Source: Camelus dromedarius
Taxonomy: Eukaryota
Direction of reading: 5' to 3'
Assembly (NCBI RefSeq): GCF_036321535.1
Contig: NC_087447.1
Span: forward strand, 37,016,001-37,080,000
DNA: 64,000 nt
Part shown: piece by piece, positions 1-11,695 of the stretch
How the letters are laid out: every line of letters begins with the position of its first letter
How positions within the stretch are numbered: the first letter of the stretch is position 1
Notes under the pieces: model-generated
The model's database searches: none
Seen by the model: only the letters and a program-made list of their open reading frames with translations
What the model was told of the DNA's origin: nothing
Position numbers and translations under genes: made by a program

Positions 1-49
1 CATCCACCAGGCTTCATATAAACTCATCGCCTGGTGGGCAACCCTGATC

Positions 50-605
50 CTGCCCCCTTTCCCATCAGTCAGTAAGGACTGTGAGCTCTGTCTCTGCTCC
101 CTCTTCCACTCCCACTCTATCCCCTCCTTACTGCTCCCTATGAGGGTCTTCCCCTCACGGAATCAGTCATGGTGTAACACCCAACACAAAGCCTAAGCTG
201 TCTGCATTTCCACAGGGTCCTTCCCGGTGAGCGCAGGCTAGGATCTCACTTTCCAATCCACACGCCATCACGGTCCTGATGCATGCGCACTGCCCCTTAC
301 CTGTACGCTCCACGCCTTGGAATGTCCCTCTCTCACTTCTCCTGTCACCGTCACCTCCCATACTTCAAAGTCCAGCCCAAATGTCACCTCTTGTGGGAAA
401 CCTTCTCTCAATATTCCTCTCTTATCCAGAAAATGTGAACTGCACTGAAGTGATCTGGTTGCATTTGTCACGTCATGTTGTGTCATGGGAATCTCATCAA
501 TTCCTGTGTCACATTCACTTTTTTTTAATCTGACAGTCCTGGCACATACTAGGTGCTCAACACGTGTGTATTATTAAAACAATGGAAAAAATAAAGGAAT
601 GAACT
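50..605 (+). mobile_element. LINE L2 3' fragment
   Basis: cttcaaagtccagcccaaatgtcacctc ... cctggcacatactaggtgctcaa ... gaatgaa matches the L2 3' end. Confidence 0.75.
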
Positions 606-647
606 CTTTATCCTTGAATTCAAAGTCCTCTATACTCTGCCACTGGC

Positions 648-676
648 TTTTTTTTTTTTTTTTTTTTTTTTTTTTT
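648..676. repeat. poly(T)29
   Basis: direct read. Confidence 0.95.
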
Positions 677-899
677 CTGGCCTATTCTCCTAACTCCACG
701 GCTTCTAGCTCTCGTCATACATCAGGCTATTTATTTGTAATGTGTACTCCCACTTCTTTGGACTTTTGGTCACTCATGTCCCCTGTTAAATTGCCCTCCC
801 CTATATCTTTCAGTCAGCATCTTTCTTTTAAGGGTCCACTCCAGGTGCATCTCCTTCAATAACCTCTGCGAAGTCCTGAGTCGGCTATATACAGAAACT

Positions 900-1050
900 T
901 TACTAAAGGTTTCGTTTGACCTTTAACAACGGCTCTGAATATTAGGTATCATCTTCCCTGTTTCACAGAAGAAACAGAACCTGGGAGAAATCAAGTCTCT
1001 TGGTCAGGGTCTCTCAGGGAGTCAGAAGGTGGTCTTCTGCCTAGGTGAAC
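900..1050 (-). mobile_element. MIR SINE fragment
   Basis: degenerate reverse MIR core (cctgtttcacagaagaaacagaac ... ggtcagggt). Confidence 0.55.
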
Positions 1051-1097
1051 TGCTCTCAGATTTCTCCAGCTCAAATTGAATCTCTCCCCACCGAGTT

Positions 1098-1290
1098 CAG
1101 AGTTCCTCAACCTTTTTGTTTTTTCACTGTCACCACTGCAGGAGACTTTTTAGACACTTTTCCCCCAAATAGTCTTCTACTACCCAAGAAATTTAAACAT
1201 GACAAGTATACTACATGCTTATGCACTCTATGTTTGTGCTTTATTCATAAAAAGAAGAAAGATTTTTCACCTTCGAAACTAATGTTGTCA
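1098..1290. mobile_element. hAT-Charlie non-autonomous DNA transposon (MER112-like)
   Basis: cagagttcctcaaccttttt terminus, then ctttttagacact ... tgtgctttattcataaaaaga ... gatttttc. Confidence 0.6.
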
Positions 1291-2904
1291 CTAATCAGCA
1301 AAATACGAGTCTATCCCTTTTGGTAATGTTCTACCTGTATTGCTATGTCTGTCAACACTGCTATTATCAATATAACAAGAGATGTTTTAAAGTGGCAATA
1401 ATCAGTTCTAGGAACCATACAGTGTATTTTTAAATTAGCATTCTTCAGCCTTGGGAAATAATAGTTTGATGTTCTATTAGTCCATAATAAGACCTATATT
1501 ATCAGTTAAACCCAAAAAGTTATAGATTGAGAAAAACAATGTCAACCCTCAAAGAATCTGTTAAATTTCTGACTTTGCATTAACATTAATCAGGTAGCAG
1601 ATATTATTATACATAGTCAAGCCAGATCTAAAGAAGCAAGGATATTTAGCACATTCTTTTATTTGAATCATATTTATAATTCTATTTTAAAGTATTATTA
1701 CATGTTAATTTTAATAAAAACTCTGTTACAAGTGTCATTATATCAAAAGAATAAATGAGCTGGATCCTTATCATGAAATGCAAAGTGTAGAATTTAGATA
1801 TATTTTTGGAAATTAAAGAAGCACTGATCTTATTGATGAATGACCCAGGCAGGTCGGAAAGTTAGGACAAAACAAACAAATAATTATATGATCACAAAGA
1901 ATAATTAGGATCCAGATCCACGGATGAGCCAATTGTTCATTCTTCATGATATGACATTATATTGCCCTGATTCACCCTTGAGTTACAATACATTTCATTG
2001 CAAAAAGTACTCATATCGTCCATATTTGGATAAAAAATGTTATGGAATCATTTGAATGCATTTATTATACATTAAAAAAATAATTCACTTAGAAAAAGCA
2101 CTTGTTTATTAGTACTGAAAATATGAACACCTGCTAAATATATCAATGGGCTTGAGTCACTGGAGAAATGGGAAGCAGATTCCCGAGCAGCCTTAGTCCC
2201 GGGTCTGGAGGCACCTTCGGTTTGCCACCTGCAGAGATAACCTGGACCCTTTGCAAATGCCAGGAAGGCAGGTAGTTTATTGCTCACTGATGTAAGCCAA
2301 ACATGCCTGCCCTGGACAGAGCTACAGAAAAGCCAAGTGGTCTGGATCTTAAACCGTGTCAGATAAGACATACCAAAGGATAAATACTGCAGCTATAAAT
2401 ACAGCTCAAGAAACTGGATTATTTTTCAGGCTGTTGAATTTCAAATGCCTGCCAAGCAGAGTGTAATATCTGGGACTCTCCCTTTTTGCCACTCTACTGC
2501 AAGAAATGGCTAAAATCCAGTTAATTTAACCAAGAAAATCCGGGAGGTTAAGAGGTGACCAAAAGAGTTAAAATGTCCAGGCAAAATTTAGAATTGAAAT
2601 TAATTTCACAAATTTTAATATGCTGTTTAGAGGAAGTTCAATTTAACCTTAAATTCCAGTCAACTCCACAATGATAGCCACAATGAAAGAAATAGAGGAC
2701 ACACTAAAGAAGGCTGAATGTTGATTAACCTCTTGATTGCAATTGTGAGGGTCAAAGCAGTCAGATATATAATTGCATCAAGTTTTCTGATAGGCCCTCT
2801 CGGGGGATAATTCAGAGCTGAAGACAGCTGAGAAAACCCCTCTTTCAAATAAAATAAAACAAAACCCCAAAAAGCTTTGGTGAGATCAAATGCTGCATTA
2901 TTTA

Positions 2905-3230
2905 GATTTTGCTGATTATAAGTGACAGAAACTCAACTTAAATAGCTTCTGCAGCTAAAAGGGATTTAGTGGCTTACATAACTGAAAAAGTGCAAGGATA
3001 GCATGGCTTCAAGTGTGGCTGGATACAGGTGTTCAAACAGGGCCTTCCAGACTTGATGTCTCTATCTCTCCTCTCTGCCCTGTTTGGCCTTGCTCCCAGG
3101 GAGTCTCTTTCCGTGCGCTATCCCTCTGCGGCTCCAGACTTGCGGTCTCTCAGCTTTAAGTTCCACAGAAAGACGGCTAATATGGCTGCTTCCCCGTTGC
3201 TCAGTTTCAAGAATTAACAGCGGATTTTCT
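2905..3230 (-). mobile_element. ERVL-MaLR solo LTR (MLT1J/K-like)
   Basis: aagtgacagaaactcaacttaaatagctt ... aaagggatttagtggcttacataactgaaaa ... ggcttcaagtgtggctggatacagg. Confidence 0.7.
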
Positions 3231-3509
3231 ACTCTGACCTTCACTTCGTAGACCTACTTTTCAGTCAGCGTTCGCAGCTGAGACCTGTGGAAGATTCTGA
3301 TTAACTTCTCTTTCCCTCATGAGTTATTTTTCCTGCACTTCAGACTTTTATCTAGTTTCTCTCATTTATGAAGTTGTCCATGTACTAATCACAAACATAG
3401 CGCTTCCATTTATGTAAATATCCACTCAACTTGTCCAAACACATTAGTCTTTTATCCATTTAACTTCCTGAAGAACTGTTTTCTGTTCCAACGTAGATCA
3501 GTTACTTGA

Positions 3510-4910
3510 TAGGCCTGGAAAGTCCTCTTGAATATTTTCTTCGATGATTTTCTCCTCACGGTTTTCTCTACGTCTTTCTCAGGAATTCATAAATTCAGAT
3601 GTTAAACCTCCGGAGGTGGTCTTTTAATTTTATTTTTCTTTTCCATTTTTTATCTCTTTGTATTTTTTTCTCTGTGTTTTGGAGAAATATCTTCAATTTT
3701 ATCTTCCAAGTGCTGTTCTTTGTTGCCTAAAATTTCCTTTTGTATAGCACCCTGGCTTTGTATTAGTGATTTTGTAAAAGTGATAACTTTTCTTACCCCT
3801 CTGAAAATATTAATTAATTTCTTCTTGCATGATCACTGTTTCTTCCTAATTGCTTCATTCATTCATTTGACTAATACTTATTTAACACTTACTATATGCT
3901 AGGCAGCTAGGAATCTGGCATAACTTGGAGATAAAACAAAGATCTAAGTCCCTGTGCAGATTATATTTTGGTTGCTTATTCTGTTGTCTTGCTAATGTGG
4001 CTGGTGAGCCTCAGCTCTCTATTCACGTCTAAGAGTCGGGTCCAAAAAACCCCATGGGACGTAGCATGTCTGAGGGGGGACTTGTCATTTCTTTTCTTTC
4101 CTATAAGTGACATGGCTGGGCTGTTTCCTTGGAGAACTGACATCAGCCTCAATTTTTTGTTTATTTGTTTGTTTGTTTGGTAGGGGGAAGTAATTAGGTT
4201 TATTGATTTATTTATTCTTAGAGGAGGTACTGGGGATTGAACCCAGAACCCCATGCATGCTTAGCATGCACTCAACCACCTCAGCTGTACCCTACGCCCT
4301 TGATGTCAGCCTCTTTGGATCTTCTGTAAGATTCATCCAGAAAAGACCTTCCAGTCTCTTGCCTGGATACCAGACCCCTGAGAATAGAGCTGGGAAATAC
4401 TCAGTATGTTGACGTCCATTTAATCCCTCATTTTTGGTGACTGATATCTAGAGATTCTCTGCTTCACCTTTATAAAGACTGATTTCTCATCTTTGCTAGA
4501 GAGACGGAGAGCAGTCACGGCATGTGTGCAGAGCCAGGGAGAGGATCCATCCACTTCTTCAACAGACTTTCAACCAGTTCTTCTATTTTCGCCTCACTTT
4601 TGCTTTCACTTCCAGGGACATCAGTAGTGATCCCTGAGCCTTTAGACTCTAAGGGCTAGGGGGTCCTGCCACACAAGTCATCTTGCTTCTGCAGTTCCTG
4701 GCTGCTGTCTCGGGCGTCCGCTTTCCTGGGCCTGCAAAATCAGTTACATTTCACTGTCTGCCTTCTGCCTTCTGCAACTTGAGTGGTAAGGTCTTCTCTA
4801 CCGCTCCCTTTGTCCTCTGCCTTTAAAAACACCCCTCTGCAAATATTTCAGTGATGGTTCAGGAGGAAGCAGAGCTAAAATGTCTGCGTTCAATCTGACA
4901 TTGTTAGCTG
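3510..4910 (-). mobile_element. Ancient L1M/HAL1-like 5'/ORF1 region, interrupted by an L2 tail-like piece (~3855-3955) and a camelid SINE
   Basis: T-rich reverse L1 ORF1-type sequence; gggctgtttccttggagaac ... ccagaaaagaccttccagtctcttgcctgga resembles HAL1. Confidence 0.6.
4151..4300 (-). mobile_element. Camelid tRNA-derived SINE (Vic-1-type) with 13-bp target-site duplication
   Basis: minus strand reads gggtacagctgaggtggttgagtgcatgctaagcatgcatggggttctgggttcaatccccagtacctcctctaagaataaataaatcaataaacctaattacttccccc plus A-rich tail; A and B boxes present; TSD at 4138-4150 and 4301-4313. Confidence 0.9.
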
Positions 4911-5179
4911 TCTTCTGAATCCTTAGTGATTTTTTTAGAGGGTGAAGAACTTAAAGTTCTTTTGTACCTACTCTGTACCAGATACAGAGCTAGGCATTTT
5001 TATCTACACTATTGAACTTACGCCTCACAACAGTGAGGTTCTTGGAAATGAAAAGAAAGACTCAAAGAGATAAATAGCTTGATGATGATCGATTTAATCC
5101 ATCATAGAAATAACAACTATTATGTGCTTCAAACTGTGTGAGCTGCAGAGGGTGAGTTTTTGTTGCTACTCAGTGGCCT

Positions 5180-5590
5180 GAACCTGGAACTTGGGGTCAT
5201 CTAGACTCTTCCACTGTCCTTCCAATATCCCTCAGCTTTCATCTCTTCAATATTCCTCAACTGTGCCCTCCCCTGCTCCCCGGTAGCTCTGCCTTGGTTC
5301 AGAGCTTTTGGGGATTGCTTTTCTGGACCTTGTAGTAACATCCCACCTGGACTTCATGCCTCCAAGCCCGCCACCCCATCTGCAGCCAAGGTGGTCTTTC
5401 TACTGCAAATCTGATCATGTTACTCTTTTGCTTAAGACCTAGATGTGGTGGACATTTCCACTGCCTGCCAACGTCCAACACAGCTGCCTGGCAGGGACTC
5501 CCACTCAGGGAAGCGCCTAACGTGTCTCCGTGTCCTCCGCACTTAGTGCAGGGACCAGCATGCTAGTCAGCACCCGTAAATGTTAACCGA
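5180..5590 (+). mobile_element. LINE L2 fragment
   Basis: cttggggtcatctagactcttcc ... gcagccaaggtggtctttctactgcaaatctgatcatgttactc. Confidence 0.75.
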
Positions 5591-6459
5591 ACTCCAGCCG
5601 TCAGGAGCTTACGTTCTACCTCTTCAGTGGGTTGGGTTCCACCAGGATTCTAACCCAGATCTGATTCCGGGCCTCTGGAGGGCTTTGCTGCTGTGCAGCC
5701 CTGGCTTACAGCCTTCCCTCTCCTTGGTCTTGGATGCCCTCCTTGAGGTCCCTCCCACTGCCCTCCAGGCTTTCCTCTGCTCACATCCTTGGTTTTCGCC
5801 TACCCCATCCCTATAGAAAAAACAAAGCACCTAACCTGATATTCCAAATTCCGGGAGGATGGGAAAGGAAAGAGCCATAGCCCTCGCCCCACCTTTGAGG
5901 TGGGCTTGGAGGCTCAGTGCAATTTTAGGTTCTGAATCTTCTTGAATTGTCCATGAATTTAACCTCCACACTAGGAGCAGCTGATCAGATTGTTGGGGGA
6001 GGGAGCAGGAAAGTTTATTTGGTTTTAGCATTACCCATACAGTATGAGGTGGGAATTTCCAAGAAATTATGTGGCAATGATGTTATAACTTTCACACGAT
6101 GGCTGGAAGCAACATTATAAAAATATTACCTAACACGACTCCATATGGACATATGAAATTTCATTCCATTTTACACATGTAATTAAGTGGCCCGCATAAT
6201 GAAGTACTGTGTGTGCAAAGAGGGAGATGCCTTTGGTAGGTGAAAGATAGCTGGGGAAGGAACAAGGCTGGTGTTTTAAAGGGAGAATAATCAAGCAAAG
6301 GTGGCTGAAAATTATTGCACTTTATTCTGTAAACAACTTACATGTGATGGATTTTTTCCCCTAGAGCTGGTCTTCTGGTTGTAAGCAAGAGAAATACATT
6401 CAATATCCTGCTGCTAAAATACTCTCCTATCCTGTTTACTAAAGGTGATGAGTTGAAAA

Positions 6460-6760
6460 AAATGCTGAGCTTGGAATCTGCAGGTTCAAATCCCAGACTG
6501 CCACTGCCCAGCAAAGCGACCTTCGGTGAGTGGTAAACCAGTGCTCACAGAAAACGGTCCCTGCGCCAGGGGCATCAGCTGGGGTCTCGTTAGAAATTCC
6601 AATTCAAGGCAACACCTTAGACCTGTTGAATCTGAGTCTCTGATGGCGGGGCCAGGAATCTGTGTTTTAACATGTCCTCCAAGTGCTTCGGATGCACACT
6701 CAGCGTGAGAGCGGCTTGCTCGAACTACCAGTGTCTCAGTGTCCTTCCCGGTAAATGGAC
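6460..6760 (+). mobile_element. MIR split by a MER5A insertion
   Basis: ggttcaaatcccagactgccactg on the left; gtgtctcagtgtccttcccggtaaatgg resumes after the MER5A. Confidence 0.6.
6539..6718. mobile_element. hAT-Charlie MER5A
   Basis: ggcatcagctggggtctcgttagaaattc ... gaatctgagtctctg ... ggggccaggaatctgtgttttaaca. Confidence 0.85.
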
Positions 6761-7109
6761 ACGTTATGGCAGAAAACCCAGCACCAAGTAGCTCAAATAG
6801 AAAAAGAATGTAATGATTCACAAAACCAAAACCAGTGAGGCTGGATCCAGCACCCAAATAATGCCATCTGGGATCCTTTTATTCTGAGTTCTCAATATCC
6901 CAGCATAAAGGGGGTTCAAAAGAGAAATTCAGTGGAGGTCTGAAGTTGCAGCTTTTGCATCCCTGAGTTTTAGAGCCAATATTCATATTATTTTCATGTT
7001 TGTTGACCAGCTAACCCATGCCAAGCGCTGTGGGGATTGAGACATGATATCGGGTCACCAGTATCAGCTGGCTTGCTGTTCCCCAGTGCATGGTAACGGG
7101 TCTTGCCCC

Positions 7110-7450
7110 TTTACTTTTGAGCATGCTGTTCCTCTTTTCTGAATGTCCCTTCTCCATCAGGCCATCAGGGAACTCCCACTTATCATTCAGAACTTACTTG
7201 GACGTAGACTGCTTTCTAAAGCTCCCCTGATAGTGATAATCTCTGCTCTTTTGTTCTCCCAAGGCTCCTACCATGTGCTCTCTCCTCTGCCTGGTGTCCA
7301 TCAGGTTAGTATGTGCTTATATGATCTCCTTCTACCCCAGAGAGTGAGTTCCTCAAGGGCACAGCCCTCATTTCATCATTTCAAACCCTGTAGCACCTGG
7401 CATAGGGCCCAGGACAGCCCAGATGCTCAACAAATCATATTGAACTGACC
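7110..7450 (+). mobile_element. LINE L2 3' fragment
   Basis: catgctgttcctc ... ttcctcaagggcacag ... gatgctcaacaaatcatattgaa. Confidence 0.7.
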
Positions 7451-7636
7451 TGACCCTTCTTAGAATTGTGGGTATCTGTAGAAAGCCAATCCCAAGTTCA
7501 ACACTGGGTAGGACACCGTGGCGGATACAGGCTGTTAGTCCCCACACTGCTGTACAGCCTCCATGGAGCTCACAAAAGACTCACAAAAATTAGTCCAACA
7601 TCAGTTTGAAGGGGCTTAGTGATATCTAGGCTAGAG

Positions 7637-7846
7637 CAATGCTGTCCAACAGAACTTTCTGCAATGATGGAGACATTCTACGTCTGTGCTGATTCAAATG
7701 GTGGCCACTAGCTACATGTTTCTACCGAGCACTTGAAATATGATCAGTAAGACTAAGGAGCTGGATTTTTAATTTTGCTTAATTTTACTTAAATTTAAAT
7801 TTAAAAAGCCATATGAGGCTAGTGGCTACCATATTGAACACTGCAG
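7637..7846. mobile_element. hAT-Charlie MER3
   Basis: caatgctgtccaacagaactttctgcaatgatgga ... gagcacttgaaat ... ggctagtggctaccatattgaacactgcag. Confidence 0.9.
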
Positions 7847-8647
7847 ACCTAAAAGATGACTTAGAGTAATCTGGTGAAAAGGAGAGTTGGGAGGTTATGC
7901 TAGAGGGGCATATACAAAAGAATGTTTGGGGAATTTCAAAAAACCCTTTTACAACCTCCAAAGCAGGCTCAGTGGCTGCCTGCCTCCGAGTTCTACCCTC
8001 AAAGCCCTGGGGGAGGGGCCAGGTTTTCAGTTTTGAGTCAGCAGATGCCAACAGCTACTTGGAAGCTAGGTTCCATTAATCAATTCCAAAGATGTCCTAT
8101 GGGGCTGAATTGAAATATGGCAAATTATACCAAGAGATATTCATATTTCTAACTTTTCCTTTAAGAATTTGTTCCCCTGTCCTGTGAAAATTTAAGGGAG
8201 CCTATGAATTTCAAAGGTTCTGAAACATTTTTCTTGGGTGGTATTCCCCTTTGATAGACTCCTTGGGAACCTGAGATTCCACAGAGGCAAATACTTCAGG
8301 AAGAGGCTGTGTGAGGGTGCTCAGTGAGGTATGAGGGTAACGCTTGGCTCCTAGGAGTTGATGGATTGGGAACCATCTGGTCTGGGTCTCCTGTTGGGAC
8401 TCCCCGAAACAGGGAAGTACAGAAAGCAAGAAGGGCCCTTTGAGAAGAGCCCTTCCCACTGAGGCCTTTCAGCCATCTGTGGAGGTAGAGGCCAGTGCCT
8501 GAATGCCTGGTCCTCCGCGGGGAAAGTCTGGCCTGTCTGGACTGGGTTCTCCAGATGGGGCTGGCGGGGCAGGGCTCACCTCCTGCAGTCAAGAGAGAGA
8601 CGGAGCCAAAGGGGAAGGAGAGTTGAGATTGAGCAGCCAGTGTGGGC

Positions 8648-8826
8648 TTCTGTCTTCTCTTCTTTTTTCTTGCTCAGTCTTGCTAGAAGTTTATCAATCT
8701 TATTGATCTTTTCAAGAGACCAGCTTTTGGTTTTATTGATTTTTCTCAATTGCTTGTGTTTTGTCTATTTCATTGATTTCCACTCTCATCTTTATTATTT
8801 CCTTCCTTCTATTTACTTTAGGTTAA
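8648..8826 (-). mobile_element. L1 ORF2 fragment
   Basis: cagtcttgctagaagtttatcaatcttattgatcttttcaagagaccagcttttggtttt ... tttattatttccttccttct. Confidence 0.85.
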
Positions 8827-9083
8827 AAGAGCTTTTCAAGCTTTTCATAAGCTGTTCCCTCTTAATGGAACCCTCTTCCCCAAATTTTTTCTTGTTCATT
8901 CTTATCTGTCCTTCAGATAGAATTAATCATCACTTTCTAAGGGAAGGCTTGGAAAGCTGCCTCAGCAGAAAAGAAAGGCTGGGGTTGGCTGAATCTATAG
9001 CAACTCTGGCTGTCATTTTGCTGGCATTGAGGGGAATAAGGAGTTAAGTCCTTTAGAAGCCCCAGGAGCTGAATATTTTAGGG

Positions 9084-9276
9084 CAGTGAGTAACCAGTTC
9101 TAGTATCCCCAGGAATCACCTGGAAAGCATTTTTAACTACTTTTTTTTTTTTAAACATTACTCTCTATACCAGAAATTGATCCATTATAAACTGAATATA
9201 CTTCAATTAAAAAAATTAATAAACCCTTTTGTTTTTGAGACATCTTCCCAATACACCTTTGGACTAAGAACCACTT
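9084..9276. mobile_element. MER5-like remnant interrupted by a younger L1 tail
   Basis: gaatcacctggaaagcatttttaa ... gactaagaaccact. Confidence 0.45.
9153..9215 (+). mobile_element. Severely 5'-truncated camelid-type L1 (3' terminal ~60 bp)
   Basis: ctataccagaaattgatccattataaactgaatatacttcaattaaaaaaa resembles the camelid L1 3' end plus poly(A). Confidence 0.65.
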
Positions 9277-11164
9277 CCCTGGTCACAAAGTGTCCTTATT
9301 AAGGAAAGAGCCAGGCATGTATAAAAGGGAAATGCTGGCTGGTGTGCTCGTGAGAATACTGTGTGTGTCGAACAGGTGCTGTTTTTTATTTTTAAAAATA
9401 CTAACTTCTAACATGATCTTGATTACTGAGTTTGGGGGGGCACACGAAGTGAGTGCCTCGTCCGCCTCACCCTACCCCCGGCCCTTAGGGTACCCACAGG
9501 TAAGGTATGTAGAAGTGCCCAGCGCAGTATGGGTCTCAAGCAGACTTCGGTGAATCACAGGTCCGAGGGTCGTTGTCAGAATTTCAGTAGGACTCCATGA
9601 GCGGTGCAGTGGACACCAAGACAGGAGTCCAACTCTTCCTTGGGGAGCAAGATGTGCCGATATTAGAGCGGGTCTTGAAAATAGAATAGGAGTTTGTCAT
9701 GCAGGAAAGGGGGAAGGTTCTTCCAGAAGAACTTTTTAAAGAACAGCAAGACATTGTGCATGACTAGAACCAGGACAGCTGAGTGACCTGGTGCTGGATG
9801 AGGCAGCTTAGTGTGTGTGCCTGATCCAGGTGGCCTGGAAAGCCCAGTTAAGTGCCCAGAGCTTTGTCCAGTAGACGAGGGCCTGGCCAGAGGCATTTGA
9901 GCAAATATTCACTGACCTCAGCGGAGCACACTGCCTTAGCCTTAGCTTCCGAGATCATCTGATGGAAATTATAACCTCCCCTGGGAGAATTAAGTGAGGT
10001 GGTGGATGTGAAATCTGGAATCTGTAAGAGCCATGCTGATGAATGAGTAATTAATTACCTAATAAGATTCCCTCACACTGTGATTATTCCTCCTGCCCAA
10101 TTCTGAGACAACCTCTGCATACAAGTTCATATGAGGGGACCATTATAACGACCCTGAAAAAACAACTCCACACAACTGAGAGTGAGGGGAGACGACAGCC
10201 ACAGCCCGGCAGATGAGAAGTGGGCTGTCTTGCTCCCAAGCCTCCTCCTGTCTTGCTCTCAAGACTCCTCCCTAGCTTTCTCCCTGTGTTGAACTGTCCC
10301 CAGCATCTACTCCTGGAACCCCACTACCATGGGATCCATCACCATCATCCCGTCCTTTCTGCCCGTGCAGAGGGGGAAGGGATGGGGGACACACCCTCTT
10401 CATTTCTCAGAGGGGAGACAACACGAGATGTGTCGTATTTGAACAAACCATCCCAGGCACAGTGAGCAGTGAGAGCTGATGTGTTGACCTCCTCCAGCCA
10501 TGCACAGCCATCGAATATGAGGCGCACCCTCCCTCCGTGTGACTCACGTTCCTCCGGTCGTTCCACACACCTAGGTGCTGCACACTCAGGGGTCGGACTG
10601 CTTATTCCCGTGGACACACACTTGCTCAATGCCACTTACACTCATTGCCACTCACTTTCAGGGGTGGCCAAATTCCCTGGCTGAGGAGATGGGAGGATGA
10701 GGGCACGGGCAGGGAGTAGGTAAGAGGGGGACCTTCCTTAACATTTTTTTTTTTATGGAATTTTCCTTTCTCAGGGAGGTTCTGTCAAATTTTTGGTTGG
10801 AAGCCACATCTTGTTTTTCCTTCTTTCTTTTGCTTCTTCCTGTTTAGTCCTGGAATAACTTCCTGGGAATACTTACTCTTCCAAGGGTTCTTCTGCCCCT
10901 TCAGTCTACTCCCGACCACTCTACACCACAGCCTGCACTACAGTCAATTCTGGAACTAATGAACATACACAGCACTTTCAAATTTCTGAACATCACTTGA
11001 TTCTCAAAGAGGGAAGGTCTGTTAAGATTCCCACCACACACTGAAGTCGCAGATCAGTGAAGTGCCCAGTACAGGTCCATGAAGGAGAGAGAACCGTCTA
11101 TTGATTTTGCCTGCCTGTCATACCATCCACTCCTTTTCCAGTTATGGCCCCCACCTTCCACAGG

Positions 11165-11695
11165 GACTTGGTCTACCTCTGCCCTACTCCCTGGGTCTCA
11201 GTTTTCTCATCCGTAAAATGGAAGTGGTAACAATAGTGTCCAGGGCCAAACAGTGGAAACCCAGAAAAGATGACAATTCTGTGTTTCAAATATATGTGCT
11301 TTAAATATTTGTTTTACGTTCACTTAGTGGGGGTGGCTTAGGAGGTGGAGGTGGCCTAAGAGATTATGCTGTGGTACCTACCAGGCAAGGACACTTGGGG
11401 CCCTGGTGATGCTCTGAAGGGCTCCAGCCTCCAGGCCTCTCTGGAAGTGGGGGTGCTGGGGTGGCAGAAGAATCAGTTTACACTTCTCTCTCTGTGTGGT
11501 GATCTGAATTAATTTCACGTTTCTGGCTTATTCTGGTGATGTTTTAGAGCCCCCTTAAAGACTGGGACCCTGGGCAGTAAGCCTGGCTGACTCTCCCTGA
11601 GACTCCCTGGTTGTGAGGATTAGATAAAAAAAAAAAAATGTGTGGAAAATGCAGGGCAATACTGGGCACATAGTAGATGCTTCATTAAAAATTGA
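11165..11695 (+). mobile_element. MIR split by a ~370-bp insertion
   Basis: ctcagttttctcatccgtaaaatggaagtggtaacaatagt on the left; gttgtgaggattaga ... gggcacatagtagatgcttca on the right. Confidence 0.75.
11241..11609. mobile_element. Putative hAT-Tip100-like DNA transposon nested in MIR
   Basis: starts CAGGGCC and ends CCCTG; gagcccccttaaagactgggaccctgggcag near the end; interrupts a contiguous MIR. Confidence 0.45.

Noticed and set aside
4225..4300. tRNA-like sequence with A and B boxes
   Set aside because: It is the head of the camelid SINE (tail and TSD present), not a tRNA gene.
8640..9047. Hydrophobic 135-aa ORF resembling a membrane protein
   Set aside because: It is the antisense reading of an L1 ORF2 fragment; T-rich DNA yields Phe/Leu/Ile.
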